This document shows positions 10,628 to 20,029 of a stretch of 64,000 bases of DNA, piece by piece. This DNA is from an uncultured delta proteobacterium (GTDB taxonomy: Bacteria > Desulfobacterota > WTBG01 > CAIYCZ01): assembly GCA_963803975.1 (NCBI GenBank), contig CAWDOY010000042.1, forward strand, positions 27,365-91,364. Reading direction: 5' to 3'. A program made the position numbers and the translations under genes. The stretch's first letter is position 1, and every line of letters starts with the position of its first letter. The notes under the pieces are model-generated. The model saw only the letters and a program-made list of their open reading frames with translations, did no database searches and had not been told where the DNA came from.

Positions 10628-12241
10628 ATGAAAGACAAATTTTTTATCCCCGGCGTCATCGCAGGGGTACTGTTATTCTTTTCCGTGCTTCCCCGGCACT
10701 GTTCAGCTTCGCTGGATTTTTTCGATGGAAGACTCAGGGTAAAGGGGAGTTTGTATGAATTCATGATTTACCGTACGCAAGTAACCGACGAAGAGCGGCA
10801 GTACCGGGACACCGAATGGGGGCTTATGCGCACCAAAGGTACCCTTGAGCTGCTGTACAAAGCGGTTGAGAATGACAAGCTTCTCGTAAATCTATTCGGG
10901 TTTTTCAAGTACTGGCATGAATCAGTACCGGACTTTGATAACAAGTACCGGCGCAGTATTGCACCGCAGGACAGAAAAAAATATCAAGGGCCTTTATTTG
11001 ACCAGGATGACTGGATCAATGAGGCCTATGCAGATATTTACTATGGGCCCTGGAACATCCGGCTGGGTAAACAGATCGTGTTCTGGAGCGAGGTAGAGAT
11101 GGTGCGCACCATTGACCGGATCAATACCCTTGATTTGCGCTATACCACCCCCGGAATTGACCCGTGGGACGAAATAAAGCTGGGACTGTGGATGATGCGC
11201 GGGTTCTACAACTCTACCCTGCCGGGGCAGCTTGTTTTTGAATGGATCTGGATTCCGGGAGATTTTGAGCAGGTCAGGACCCCAACCGACGGGACCAGCA
11301 TGGCCGGCGGCGTTGTTAGACCGGAGGGTCCGGAGGGTCGCAGGCCGCGGCCATTTGGGCAGAAAGCATTGGCCGACCTTTTGTTTCAGCGGGCACGGCC
11401 GGCTGTTACTCTGCGCAATTCATCCTGGGCCTTAAGAATCCGGGGCAATTCAGGGGTTAATCTTTTCAAAGAGGATTATCTGCTTGACTGGACCGTAAGC
11501 TGGTTTCACGGCATGGAGACAAGTCCTGTTGCCCGCACAAAAACCCTTGGGAAACCCAGCGCAACCAATTTAAACCCCAACACCCTGAATGGACTTATGG
11601 GGAGGAATGCGGTGAGCCGTGTCTTCGGTCTGCCACTCCCGCAGGTGCCCTATTACAGTCTTTTCGAGTATAAATTTTTTGATGCAATCGGGGCAAGTTG
11701 TCAAACCCTCGTACCGGCAATAGAGTCGGTTGTGCGCGGTGAACTGTCTTATGAAATTGGCGTGCCCATCAACACAACCTTTCCCAAGAACATTGAGCCA
11801 TCGGGCGACTTCATAACCGGCAACTCAGAACGTGACCAGGTGAATGTTGGTCTTACTGTTGATCGACCGGTCCTCATCCCCTGGCTCCAGGAACGCGGGT
11901 GGGCCGCATTTGATTGTTCTTTAGGCTGGAGTGCGCAGTGGCGGCTTGGCAATGTCAGCCGCAGGTGGTCATCGTTTGGCTGGGGGGATAAGTCCCAGAG
12001 CAATTTGTCGGCATTGGTTAAAGGCAAGTTTTATCATGAAGAGTTCCGGCCGGTAATTCGCTTTTTGTACAATACCCGCAACTGGGGCTACGGCGTCATA
12101 GCCTGTCAGTATGCGCCTGGAGAGCATATGCGCTATGAAGCAGGATACCTGGGATTTTTTGCCAAAGATACGACCGACTCAAGTGAAGCCTCAATGGCAC
12201 GCGGGGATTGCCTCTATTTTCGTATCGGGTATGAGTTTTAA
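10628..12241 (+). CDS. DUF1302-like outer membrane beta-barrel protein
   Basis: Signal peptide, NEAYADI..RLGKQIVFW..IDRIN motif, C-terminal YEF, RBS AAAGGAGG; sits between MMPL and DUF1329 genes. Confidence 0.75.
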   Translation: MKDKFFIPGVIAGVLLFFSVLPRHCSASLDFFDGRLRVKGSLYEFMIYRTQVTDEERQYRDTEWGLMRTKGTLELLYKAVENDKLLVNLFGFFKYWHESVPDFDNKYRRSIAPQDRKKYQGPLFDQDDWINEAYADIYYGPWNIRLGKQIVFWSEVEMVRTIDRINTLDLRYTTPGIDPWDEIKLGLWMMRGFYNSTLPGQLVFEWIWIPGDFEQVRTPTDGTSMAGGVVRPEGPEGRRPRPFGQKALADLLFQRARPAVTLRNSSWALRIRGNSGVNLFKEDYLLDWTVSWFHGMETSPVARTKTLGKPSATNLNPNTLNGLMGRNAVSRVFGLPLPQVPYYSLFEYKFFDAIGASCQTLVPAIESVVRGELSYEIGVPINTTFPKNIEPSGDFITGNSERDQVNVGLTVDRPVLIPWLQERGWAAFDCSLGWSAQWRLGNVSRRWSSFGWGDKSQSNLSALVKGKFYHEEFRPVIRFLYNTRNWGYGVIACQYAPGEHMRYEAGYLGFFAKDTTDSSEASMARGDCLYFRIGYEF

Positions 12242-12311
12242 CCTGCACGGGTGCGTGCCCGTTCAGTGGTTGTTTGGGCAGGACGCTGTATTCAAAACAC
12301 AGGAGGAGATT

Positions 12312-13577
12312 ATGAAAAAAGTGTTGATGAGCATGATTGTTCTACTGTCATCGTGGTGTGTCAGCCTTGCACCAGGTGTTGCCGGCGAGATAACATTTCC
12401 GACCCGCAGCTATGAAGGTGAAGAGCTGGCAAAGGTGCGCGAGTGGGAAAAGACTTGGGCGGGCAAGAAAGTAGCAACTGAAAATGCTGATCAGGTCAAA
12501 GACTTTCTGCATGAGGCTGTATATAACACACTAAAAAATCCCAAGGGTTTCGGTGCAGAGTCGCTGTGGTTCAGTGTAGTGCCGTATCGGCCTTATACAA
12601 TATCGTCGGGCATGATTGCCGCCACTAAAAAAAATGCGCCTCAAAGCAAGCTCGATAATGACGGCATGCTGGCGGGGTATGGCGATGTTGCCGGGATCCC
12701 CTTTCCACAGCCCAAAACAGGTCTTGAGATGGCCTGGAATTTTGACGGCAACTCCCATGGAGACAGTCACCAAGAGGAGAACATTGGTGATGTTGTTAAT
12801 TGCCAGCAAAAAACCGAGCGTAGTGCAGGAATGCTTCGCTGGGAATTGTACTGGATCGGACGAGTAGATTCTGAGCCGCTTCCCCGCATTCCCGAAAAAG
12901 AAAATCAGCGGGGCATAGCACGTTCATGGTTTCAGCGTCACACGGCCCCGGTTGATTTTGCTGATAGCACAATGCTAGAGCTCAAATATCTGGACCATAC
13001 AAAACAGGAAGATCTATGGGTTTACACAGTGATGTTCAGAAGGATCAGGCGTTATACAGCAAGCCAGCGGACCGACTCAATTGACGGGACCGACATGGTC
13101 TTTGACGATCAGGACGGATGGTACACGCATGTTACCCGTAACACCTACGACAGTAAAGGCAGGGCTGATCTTCTGGTTGCACGACATCAGGATGCCAAGC
13201 AGCTCCAGAGGGTCAAAGGCCAGGCATTCTGGAACGGTGTGCAGCGCGAACGGGTTAATCACTGGGTCGTTGAGGTAAAAAACAAGGAGAAGGGATATCT
13301 GTACATTAAGCAGATATGGTACCTGGACCCTGAGACCTGGCAGATGAACTTCAAGGTAATGTACAATCGCAAGGGTGAGCTCTGGAAAATGTATGAACTG
13401 TTTTATGATGAGTATCCGACAGCCTGTGGTGAAAAAACGTCATTGTTCAGCGCTGAGCATTCGGTCGATCTGATCCGCCATCACGGTAGCCCAAATATCC
13501 GTGAAGTGAAGAATGTGGGAGCATCTATACGCCCTGATTATTTTCAGACTAAGAGCCTGAAGGACAAAAGTTATTAA
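12312..13577 (+). CDS. DUF1329 family periplasmic protein
   Basis: Signal peptide, GIPFPQPKTGLEMAWN, DLWVY..RRIRR, Y.KQIWYLD.ETW, YNRKGELWK; RBS AGGAGGAG. Confidence 0.85.
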   Translation: MKKVLMSMIVLLSSWCVSLAPGVAGEITFPTRSYEGEELAKVREWEKTWAGKKVATENADQVKDFLHEAVYNTLKNPKGFGAESLWFSVVPYRPYTISSGMIAATKKNAPQSKLDNDGMLAGYGDVAGIPFPQPKTGLEMAWNFDGNSHGDSHQEENIGDVVNCQQKTERSAGMLRWELYWIGRVDSEPLPRIPEKENQRGIARSWFQRHTAPVDFADSTMLELKYLDHTKQEDLWVYTVMFRRIRRYTASQRTDSIDGTDMVFDDQDGWYTHVTRNTYDSKGRADLLVARHQDAKQLQRVKGQAFWNGVQRERVNHWVVEVKNKEKGYLYIKQIWYLDPETWQMNFKVMYNRKGELWKMYELFYDEYPTACGEKTSLFSAEHSVDLIRHHGSPNIREVKNVGASIRPDYFQTKSLKDKSY

Positions 13578-13617
13578 GCAAGAAATGGGCAGCCATAGCT
13601 ATTGTTGAGGGTTATAA

Positions 13618-14676
13618 ATGATGACAAGGATACAAATAAAATTGGTTCTTATACCGGCTGTGCTGGTCATGGTTTTCGGTTGTGACAGGTTTGACCGTTC
13701 CAGGATACAGATGCCGGCTTTCAACTTTGTCACGAGAGAAAATCTGCATAGCATTGCCCGGGTTGATGCGCAGCATATCTGGGTGAGCGGTAATTACGGG
13801 ACTATCCTGTGCAGTGCCGATGGCGGGAAGACATGGGAAAAGCAAAACAGCGGCATCGCTGAGGAACTGCTGGGCTGTATATCGTTTGTTAACCCTCAAG
13901 AGGGCTGGGCTGCCGGCGTCAGGGGAACAATTGTTCATACAGCTGACGGAGGAAAAACCTGGGGGGTGCAGCCAAGCGGTATAGAGCAGGATATCCATGA
14001 TCTTTTTTTCCTGGACGCTCACTATGGCTGGGCGGTCGGCGAGAGCGGGACGGTTTTGCATACAGATGACGGCGGCAAACACTGGAAGCGGCAACGAGAG
14101 CCGGAGGATAGATACTTTAATGATGTTTTTTTTGTTGATCGCAAAACCGGGTGGATCGTTGGTGAATTCGGGACCATCTTACATAGTGCTGATGGGGGTG
14201 CAACCTGGCAGCCACAAGAGTGTCCAGAGCTTGCTGCTCTTGTAAAAAATGCTGAATGGGACCGGCCGCTGCCCGCGTTGTACGGGACGTATTTTCCTGA
14301 TAAGGACCGGGGCTGGATCGTCGGGATGGATGGTGTCATCATCAGGACGGAAAATGGGGGAAAGACCTGGGCCATGGTAAAGCCGGTTTCCGAAAAACCC
14401 CTGTACTCTATTGTAATGCACGGCGCAAAAGGATGGGCGGTGGGCAATGAGGGCGTTTATGTAATGACTGAGAATGGCGGGGACACCTGGTCAGTAAAAA
14501 ATCAGGCGCTGAAAACCAAATTCTGGCTGCGCGCGGTGTCCTTTGGGGATGATAAGCGCGGGCTTATTGTTGGCGCCCAGGGCACCATTGCGCTAACTGA
14601 TGACGGGGGCTTTTCCTGGAAGCTGATATCAGGCTACAGCTACGATATGAAAGAATTCGGGCTGGCTGATTTCTAA
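13618..14676 (+). CDS. YCF48/BNR-repeat beta-propeller lipoprotein
   Basis: Repeated GW.VG..G.IL.T.DGG.TW units; lipobox-like VFGC. Confidence 0.9.
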   Translation: MMTRIQIKLVLIPAVLVMVFGCDRFDRSRIQMPAFNFVTRENLHSIARVDAQHIWVSGNYGTILCSADGGKTWEKQNSGIAEELLGCISFVNPQEGWAAGVRGTIVHTADGGKTWGVQPSGIEQDIHDLFFLDAHYGWAVGESGTVLHTDDGGKHWKRQREPEDRYFNDVFFVDRKTGWIVGEFGTILHSADGGATWQPQECPELAALVKNAEWDRPLPALYGTYFPDKDRGWIVGMDGVIIRTENGGKTWAMVKPVSEKPLYSIVMHGAKGWAVGNEGVYVMTENGGDTWSVKNQALKTKFWLRAVSFGDDKRGLIVGAQGTIALTDDGGFSWKLISGYSYDMKEFGLADF

Positions 14677-14828
14677 CAGGTTGTTGAAAAAGCAGTTTTC
14701 TCCCAGGCTGGTCAAAAACATCCGGATGCAAGGCGCGCGAAATCGTGAGGAATGAGGCGTACTTTATGGTACGTCGCAATGACGAGGGATGAGCGCAACG
14801 CAGCAGATGGGTGTTTTTCAACACCCTG
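14677..14828. mobile_element. 152-bp MITE, copy 1 (reverse orientation to copies 2 and 3)
   Basis: Terminal inverted repeats CAGGTTGTTGAAAAA / TTTTTCAACACCCTG; flanked on both sides by CTAA; no ORF. Confidence 0.85.
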
Positions 14829-14865
14829 CTAAGGTTTATGTCCGTTATGTGGAAAGGAGCACATT

Positions 14866-16657
14866 ATGAACAGACGCACAGTCAATAACCTTCTCTGTAT
14901 TATTCCCCTGGCTGCTGGTCTTCTGCTGGGTTCATTGTCTTGCAGGCCCGCCGGGAAAAAAATCGGCGTGCTGTATGTACTCCACGGAGGTATGAAGACC
15001 AATGGGCCCCAGTACCTGTGGGATGCCGTGGTGCAGCAGTTTTCTTATGAACACAACCATTCTATTTATAATTATGTTATCTGGGATCCTTCCCAGTGGC
15101 CAAATGTTTTGGATCGGAACACAACCGATTTTGCAAGGCGGTTTCTGATGATGTATGACTTTGGATATGAGCGCATGGGGGGCATCGATCCTTATCCGGA
15201 CATCAGTGATAAGCAGCTGGCGCACTTGAAGACTGAACTGGAAAACAACACGCGCGGCTTGAAATTTGAAGTGGACTGGGTTGGTTATTTAAGCGCAGAC
15301 GATGTGGAGCATTACCCGTATCCCCGTTTTATTTATAATATTCCCGATGAACAATACCGGGTATCCGCCCGCCAGCGGAGTGTCAAAATGTACCTACTGC
15401 GGGGAAGGAGAGCCGGACGGCCCCTGGGAGACTTGTGATCCTGAGCGCTACAACGCAGATGGACCTGTCGAGCGGCTGCTTAAAAAGGGGGTCACGAGTA
15501 TCATTATGGTTGATATGACTACCAGCGGGGTTCGCTTTTCCAAAACTTTTGATGTGATCCAGATGACCAAGCTGGCTCTCAATAAATGGAACAATGAACA
15601 CGGAACCTCTATCCCCCTGGTGTGGGTCAATGACCCCAATAATGTAATGGAGCGATCATATCCAACAAAACCCGAAGGATGGACACGCATCAAAAAAGCT
15701 CCTGAGGTAGACCCGCAGGTTCCCCTGGAAGGAAATCCCAATCCAATTGCGGAAGATCCAATGCTCGCTCAATTGCACGCAGAAGGTATAGAAAAGGGCT
15801 TTTCCGATTCGGTTCCAGATAATGCTACCGGTGTCATTCTGTTTAACCATGCTCTGCACGACTATAATGAGTATTTTGACCCTAAAATCGATGACACTCT
15901 TATCTTAAATAAAAATATTAAGGCCTTGCTTATTGAGCGGCACCCTGACATTGATCCCGACCGTATCATAGGAGCCTTTGGAGGGATCATGGAAGTAAAT
16001 CCGGTACATGGCCGTGAGGAACGGACGCGGGAAATGCGCGGAGAAACCTATGGCTATGCATGGCTTTACGAGAGCGACAAGCAAATGCCTGGTGGAGAAT
16101 GGGGCTACCGATACTGGGATGCTTTAGAATATTTAAAGAACTGTGGTGTTAAGCACATTGTTATTGGATTCCCGCAGATGATTACTGACAATAACTTAAA
16201 CCTTATTGAAGTACCGCAGCAGATTGGCAAGGAGATCGGTATCAAGACCTGGGCAAAATATGACCAGGGTGATTTTACTTTGTACCCGGAAGTCGGCCAC
16301 CCCTTTGCAGATTACTGGGGAGTCTGGGTTGATACTGATTGCGGTGAAGCGGCGTGCTGCTTTGAAATGGGGGGATGCGCTGATGGCCGGCCATATCCGC
16401 CGCCACGGCAGACCCCGATTGATGCGCCGCGTGGGGATTTGGACCCCTCCCTTGCCTTTGACCTGAGCGCCTACGGGCATCTGGGGTTTGATGAAACCGG
16501 GACCAGCGGACCTCCTGATCCTGAAAAACCAGTACAGGATCAGTACACCGGCACCTGGGATTTGTATAGACCGGCAAATGACGACCCCCGGCTGGGAGAG
16601 CTGCTGGCACGTCATGTATTAGATGCTGCTCTTAAAACACTGCAACCGGAGAAGTAG
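14866..16657 (+). CDS. Lipoprotein with ferrochelatase (class II chelatase)-like motifs; frameshift near 15345
   Basis: ORFs 14866..15438 and 15302..16657 join. Lipobox LGSLSC. KIGVLYVLHGG, GVILFNHA and DALEYLKNCGVKHIVIGFPQMITDNNLNLIE resemble HemH/CbiX segments. Confidence 0.5.
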
Positions 16658-16690
16658 AAGAATACTATATAGAAAACCAAGGAGAGTCAT

Positions 16691-17398
16691 ATGAAAGCAA
16701 TCCCCTATTATGAACGTATGCAGGAACATCTGGCACCTTTTAATCTGTCCCCAATGAAAGAATATAACGGAGATGATATCACACAATTTGAAAACATTAA
16801 GACGGACATGATGACACAGCTTCTGCGGGCATATAAAGCTGACAAGTTAGACAAAATTGTCACGCTTACCACTGATATCATGGAAGGAAAAATTTTCGTT
16901 TATGGCACCACGATTGTTCCAACGGATGAATACCCACTCCCCATCTTTACCTCTGAAATAGTTCAAGCGGTAAACCATCTCAGTTTACGGGTGGATTTTA
17001 TCCCCCTGGCAGATTGTGCCCGTGACCTTGATTATATGGAAAAATACATGATGCCCATGGAAGACCTGTGGAAACAACATAGAGATATTGAGGGATCCGG
17101 GATTGAGCGCTATACCTGGCAGCGGGTTATGCTTTCACCTTTTTACACATATGGAAAATATAAATATACCATTGAAAATATTGAGGAAACGGCATTGCAA
17201 ATTACTATTGACTATCTGAAGCTCTATATAAAACTCTGGTCCGAGGTTCAAAAGGCAGATCCCGGCTATATGAAGTTGCTTAATGAAAGAAAGAGCGTAA
17301 TGCTGAATACCATGCTGGAGAATGACCCGGGTGAAGGGCCTCTAAAACAAGCCTTTGGCAAAGAGGCAGCCCACAAAATTCTGTCACTTCTTTTTTAA
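16691..17398 (+). CDS. Ferredoxin-dependent bilin reductase / red chlorophyll catabolite reductase-fold protein
   Basis: PTDEYPLPIFTSE, VDFIPLAD...DYMEKY, W.RVMLSPF, ENDPGEGPLKQAFGKE...LF resemble the PcyA/PebA/PebB/RCCR pattern; RBS AGGAG. Confidence 0.65.
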   Translation: MKAIPYYERMQEHLAPFNLSPMKEYNGDDITQFENIKTDMMTQLLRAYKADKLDKIVTLTTDIMEGKIFVYGTTIVPTDEYPLPIFTSEIVQAVNHLSLRVDFIPLADCARDLDYMEKYMMPMEDLWKQHRDIEGSGIERYTWQRVMLSPFYTYGKYKYTIENIEETALQITIDYLKLYIKLWSEVQKADPGYMKLLNERKSVMLNTMLENDPGEGPLKQAFGKEAAHKILSLLF

Positions 17399-17461
17399 AC
17401 AACCCAGACCGTGAAGACTATGCCCGGAGGTATATAGGGCAAGGCCTGAAAGGGACGTCAA

Positions 17462-17917
17462 ATGAAAAATTATTTTTTATTACTGTCTGTGGCACTTTTT
17501 CTTTATGCCGGCGCCGGCTTTGCTGGCGAACAACCCCCGGTACGCGGGGTAGTTGAAAAAACAGGTGTTGACCTCAAACAGCAGGTTGTAAGGATACGCG
17601 GATACGAAGGTGTTTCTCCCCTGAACCTTTTCATAGAGCCGGGTACGGTGGTTATTTGGCTCAACCAGTATCAGGGAAAGATAAAAATAACCTTCCCTTC
17701 AAAAAGGGTGACGCTGGCATGTAAGAGCCCGGTTAATTTTTCGCTCAATAACCAGGGGTTCTTTGAATCAAACGCTGTCGAGTTTGGTGCGGTTGCCAGC
17801 CTTTGTTTTATTGAATGTGGATCATTTGACTATATTATAGAGCGAGCGCCTGTTTCGTCCACGGCAAAATATGAAGGCTTCAGATTTGAAGGAAAGATTA
17901 TTGTTAAGAAAAAATAG
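17462..17917 (+). CDS. Secreted protein, possibly cupredoxin-like fold
   Basis: Signal peptide; P..L.I.PGT.V.W.N and G.FDY....GKI.V patterns; no clear copper-ligand set. Confidence 0.5.
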   Translation: MKNYFLLLSVALFLYAGAGFAGEQPPVRGVVEKTGVDLKQQVVRIRGYEGVSPLNLFIEPGTVVIWLNQYQGKIKITFPSKRVTLACKSPVNFSLNNQGFFESNAVEFGAVASLCFIECGSFDYIIERAPVSSTAKYEGFRFEGKIIVKKK

Positions 17918-17932
17918 CAGAAAGGGTTCTAT

Positions 17933-18472
17933 ATGGTAGTACATGAACTAACACCGGAAGAAAGAAATCAGATGGTGGAGAAGGCGCTGATAAGAATGAA
18001 AATCAAGAGACAACATCTCTCCCGCGAAGAGCTGGAGAGGGCAATCATTGACTATCTCAGCAAAAAACAGCCTTGCAGTTTGGCAACCTGCGATAGGGAC
18101 TGCACCCCCCGCATATCGGTAGTAGACTATGTCAATGATGGTCTTACTATCTATATTCTCAGCGAAGGCGGGGATAAATTTAAAAACCTTAAAGAGAACA
18201 ACAGGGTTGCCATTGGAATCGGTACCGGCTCGAAGGCTTTAAAAACAAGAGGTGTTAATATCTGGGGTATTGCCGAGGTTATTAGTGATGATATGCCCGA
18301 GTTTGCCCATGGTATAAAAATCTTACAACCTATACTGGATGACATGGCAGAGGTCTTGGGTTCACCTATTCAGATACCCAAGGGAATTCTCAGGCTGATC
18401 AAGGTTACGCCAACTAAAATAGTTTACCATCATACCATGAAGGGGATTAAACATGCTGTTTGGGAAGCATAA
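17933..18472 (+). CDS. Pyridoxamine 5'-phosphate oxidase-like FMN-binding split-barrel protein
   Basis: CSLATCDRDCTPRISVV, KFKNLKENNRVAI, GV.I.G.A, LIKVTP. Confidence 0.8.
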   Translation: MVVHELTPEERNQMVEKALIRMKIKRQHLSREELERAIIDYLSKKQPCSLATCDRDCTPRISVVDYVNDGLTIYILSEGGDKFKNLKENNRVAIGIGTGSKALKTRGVNIWGIAEVISDDMPEFAHGIKILQPILDDMAEVLGSPIQIPKGILRLIKVTPTKIVYHHTMKGIKHAVWEA

Positions 18473-18508
18473 TAGTAATAAGGTTTAGTTAGGCAGTGCC
18501 GAAAGACT

Positions 18509-18592
18509 GTCGCTGGTATTGCTGAAATTTCCCGGGAGGAACAGCAGGCACAGATTATTCAGGCGACCCTTGACTTGCTTGAGAAGCTTTAG
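18509..18592 (+). pseudogene. Orphan 3' end of a gene, possibly an alpha/beta hydrolase
   Basis: Startless frame VAGIAEISREEQQAQIIQATLDLLEKL* with a natural stop. Confidence 0.35.
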
Positions 18593-18693
18593 GTCAAAGC
18601 CGGCTTACAGCAAAACAAGGGAGATAGGTTTGACCTCGCGCAGCTCCACAGCTAAACGGTAACGTTTAAAATTATTTCAATGAAGGATCAGTC

Positions 18694-19554
18694 ATGGCAG
18701 ATAAGTTCACTGAAGTGCGTATGGTCGATAACTTTTACCAGACCTCCAGTTTTTTTCCTATGCCGGTTGTTCTTGTGAGCACCCTGGCAGAGTCAGGGCA
18801 AACCAATCTGGGGCCCTACTCACTCTGTTTTCCTCACAATATCACCGGAGGAAAAGATCATGCCATGATGCTTATTGCCCGCGGCACAAGCAATACGGCC
18901 ACGAATATAATCCGGACCAGGGTGTGTGCCCTTAACTTTATCCCGCATAAAAAGAAATACATGAAAAACTGCGTCATGCTGGGGTATCCGGGCGAGACCA
19001 CTGAGGAAAAGATGAAAAACAGTATTTTTACCCTGATACCATCTACCCGGCATGAAACACAAAAATCCGCGCCCTATCCTGACATTGTAGAAGAAGCTGT
19101 TCAAGTTTTTGAATGTACCTGGGATGACAGCTATCCTTTAAAGCCGCGCGAGGATCTAGTAGAATCCCACTTTCTGCTGCGTATTGATAAGCTTGTCATG
19201 AAGGAGAAATGGAGAGATTGCCTGCTTAAGGGTAAAGGGTTTCCCAGTTTGCCGATTGATTATGGATACCGGGATAATGTGCGCTTCTGGTTTTCACGGC
19301 AATGGCGGCCCTATGCGGTCAACATCCCCAAAGAAAAAGGCAACAAAATTGAAACGGTAAGGTATGCCTGTGACCGATTTGACCCGGCTATCACCTGGGA
19401 AGATGCAGCCTGCGCAAAAATAGTGAAAGTGCCAAACATATTTTTAAATAAAGTTATCAGTGGCGTGGTGAAAACAGCAAAAGAGCAGGGGATTACGGTG
19501 ATTACCCCTGAGTTTATGGACAAAATCCGGGATAAGCGCTCAACTGAGAAATAG
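18694..19554 (+). CDS. Flavin reductase-like (DIM6/NTAB) protein with C-terminal PCP_red-like domain
   Basis: FPMPVVLVST...NLGPYS, NTATNI.RT..C.LNF, VFEC; tail WEDAACAKIVKVPNIFLNKV...AKEQGITVITPEFMDKIR. Confidence 0.7.
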   Translation: MADKFTEVRMVDNFYQTSSFFPMPVVLVSTLAESGQTNLGPYSLCFPHNITGGKDHAMMLIARGTSNTATNIIRTRVCALNFIPHKKKYMKNCVMLGYPGETTEEKMKNSIFTLIPSTRHETQKSAPYPDIVEEAVQVFECTWDDSYPLKPREDLVESHFLLRIDKLVMKEKWRDCLLKGKGFPSLPIDYGYRDNVRFWFSRQWRPYAVNIPKEKGNKIETVRYACDRFDPAITWEDAACAKIVKVPNIFLNKVISGVVKTAKEQGITVITPEFMDKIRDKRSTEK

Positions 19555-19560
19555 TGCAGC

Positions 19561-19684
19561 TGGCCGACTAGAAAGAAACTTCTAGAGATCGGGCTGTCTA
19601 ATGTGGCAGAAGACCTCGCAAAAAAAGGAAAGCTTGGCAGCCGACTGCCCGGCAATTACAGAGCTGCTGGGGAAAAAGAGCTGA
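19561..19684 (+). repeat. Diverged duplicate of the AOR 3' end (counterpart of ~922..1038)
   Basis: Reads WPTRKKLLEIGLSNVAEDLAKKGKLG../CPAITELLGK. The 30 bp TGCCCGGCAATTACAGAGCTGCTGGGGAAA are identical at 1009..1038 and 19646..19675. Confidence 0.9.
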
Positions 19685-19714
19685 GCAGTTCATTGAGGTT
19701 ATGGTGAATAGATG

Positions 19715-19757
19715 ATCGGCAGCCCTGTCATGAATGGCGGGGCTGCCGGTTTTGTTT
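19715..19757 (+). terminator. Rho-independent terminator
   Basis: ATCGGCAGCCCTGTCA...TGGCGGGGCTGCCGGT stem followed by TTTGTTT. Confidence 0.75.
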
Positions 19758-19926
19758 AGATATAAGAGGATGCAGGGGATATTTCATCCCCTTTTTTAGC
19801 AAGGGAATCTTTGAAACCATTGACCATAACAAAACCTTAAACTACATCGATTCGGCATAACCAATTTAATAAAATCATATTGTGGAATTACGGACAATTT
19901 TACAGGAAAATATTCATATAAAAACC

Positions 19927-19998
19927 TTGACGGGCAACATGTTTGCTTATATTAGGTTGACAATAGTAGAATAAGCATAAAAGACAGTGTTGGGTGGC
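19927..19998 (+). promoter_or_regulatory. attI-like site with Pc-like promoter at the head of the cassette array
   Basis: Crossover G/TTGGGTGGC at 19989 is the exact complement of GCCACCCAAC at 21039..21048. There is no attC hairpin upstream. TTGACG, TTGCTT-N18-TAGAAT and TTGACA hexamers and an inverted repeat TGCTTAT...ATAAGCA are present. Confidence 0.55.
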
Positions 19999-20029
19999 TG
20001 GTGCAGGCACACCATCGGAGGTAGATACG

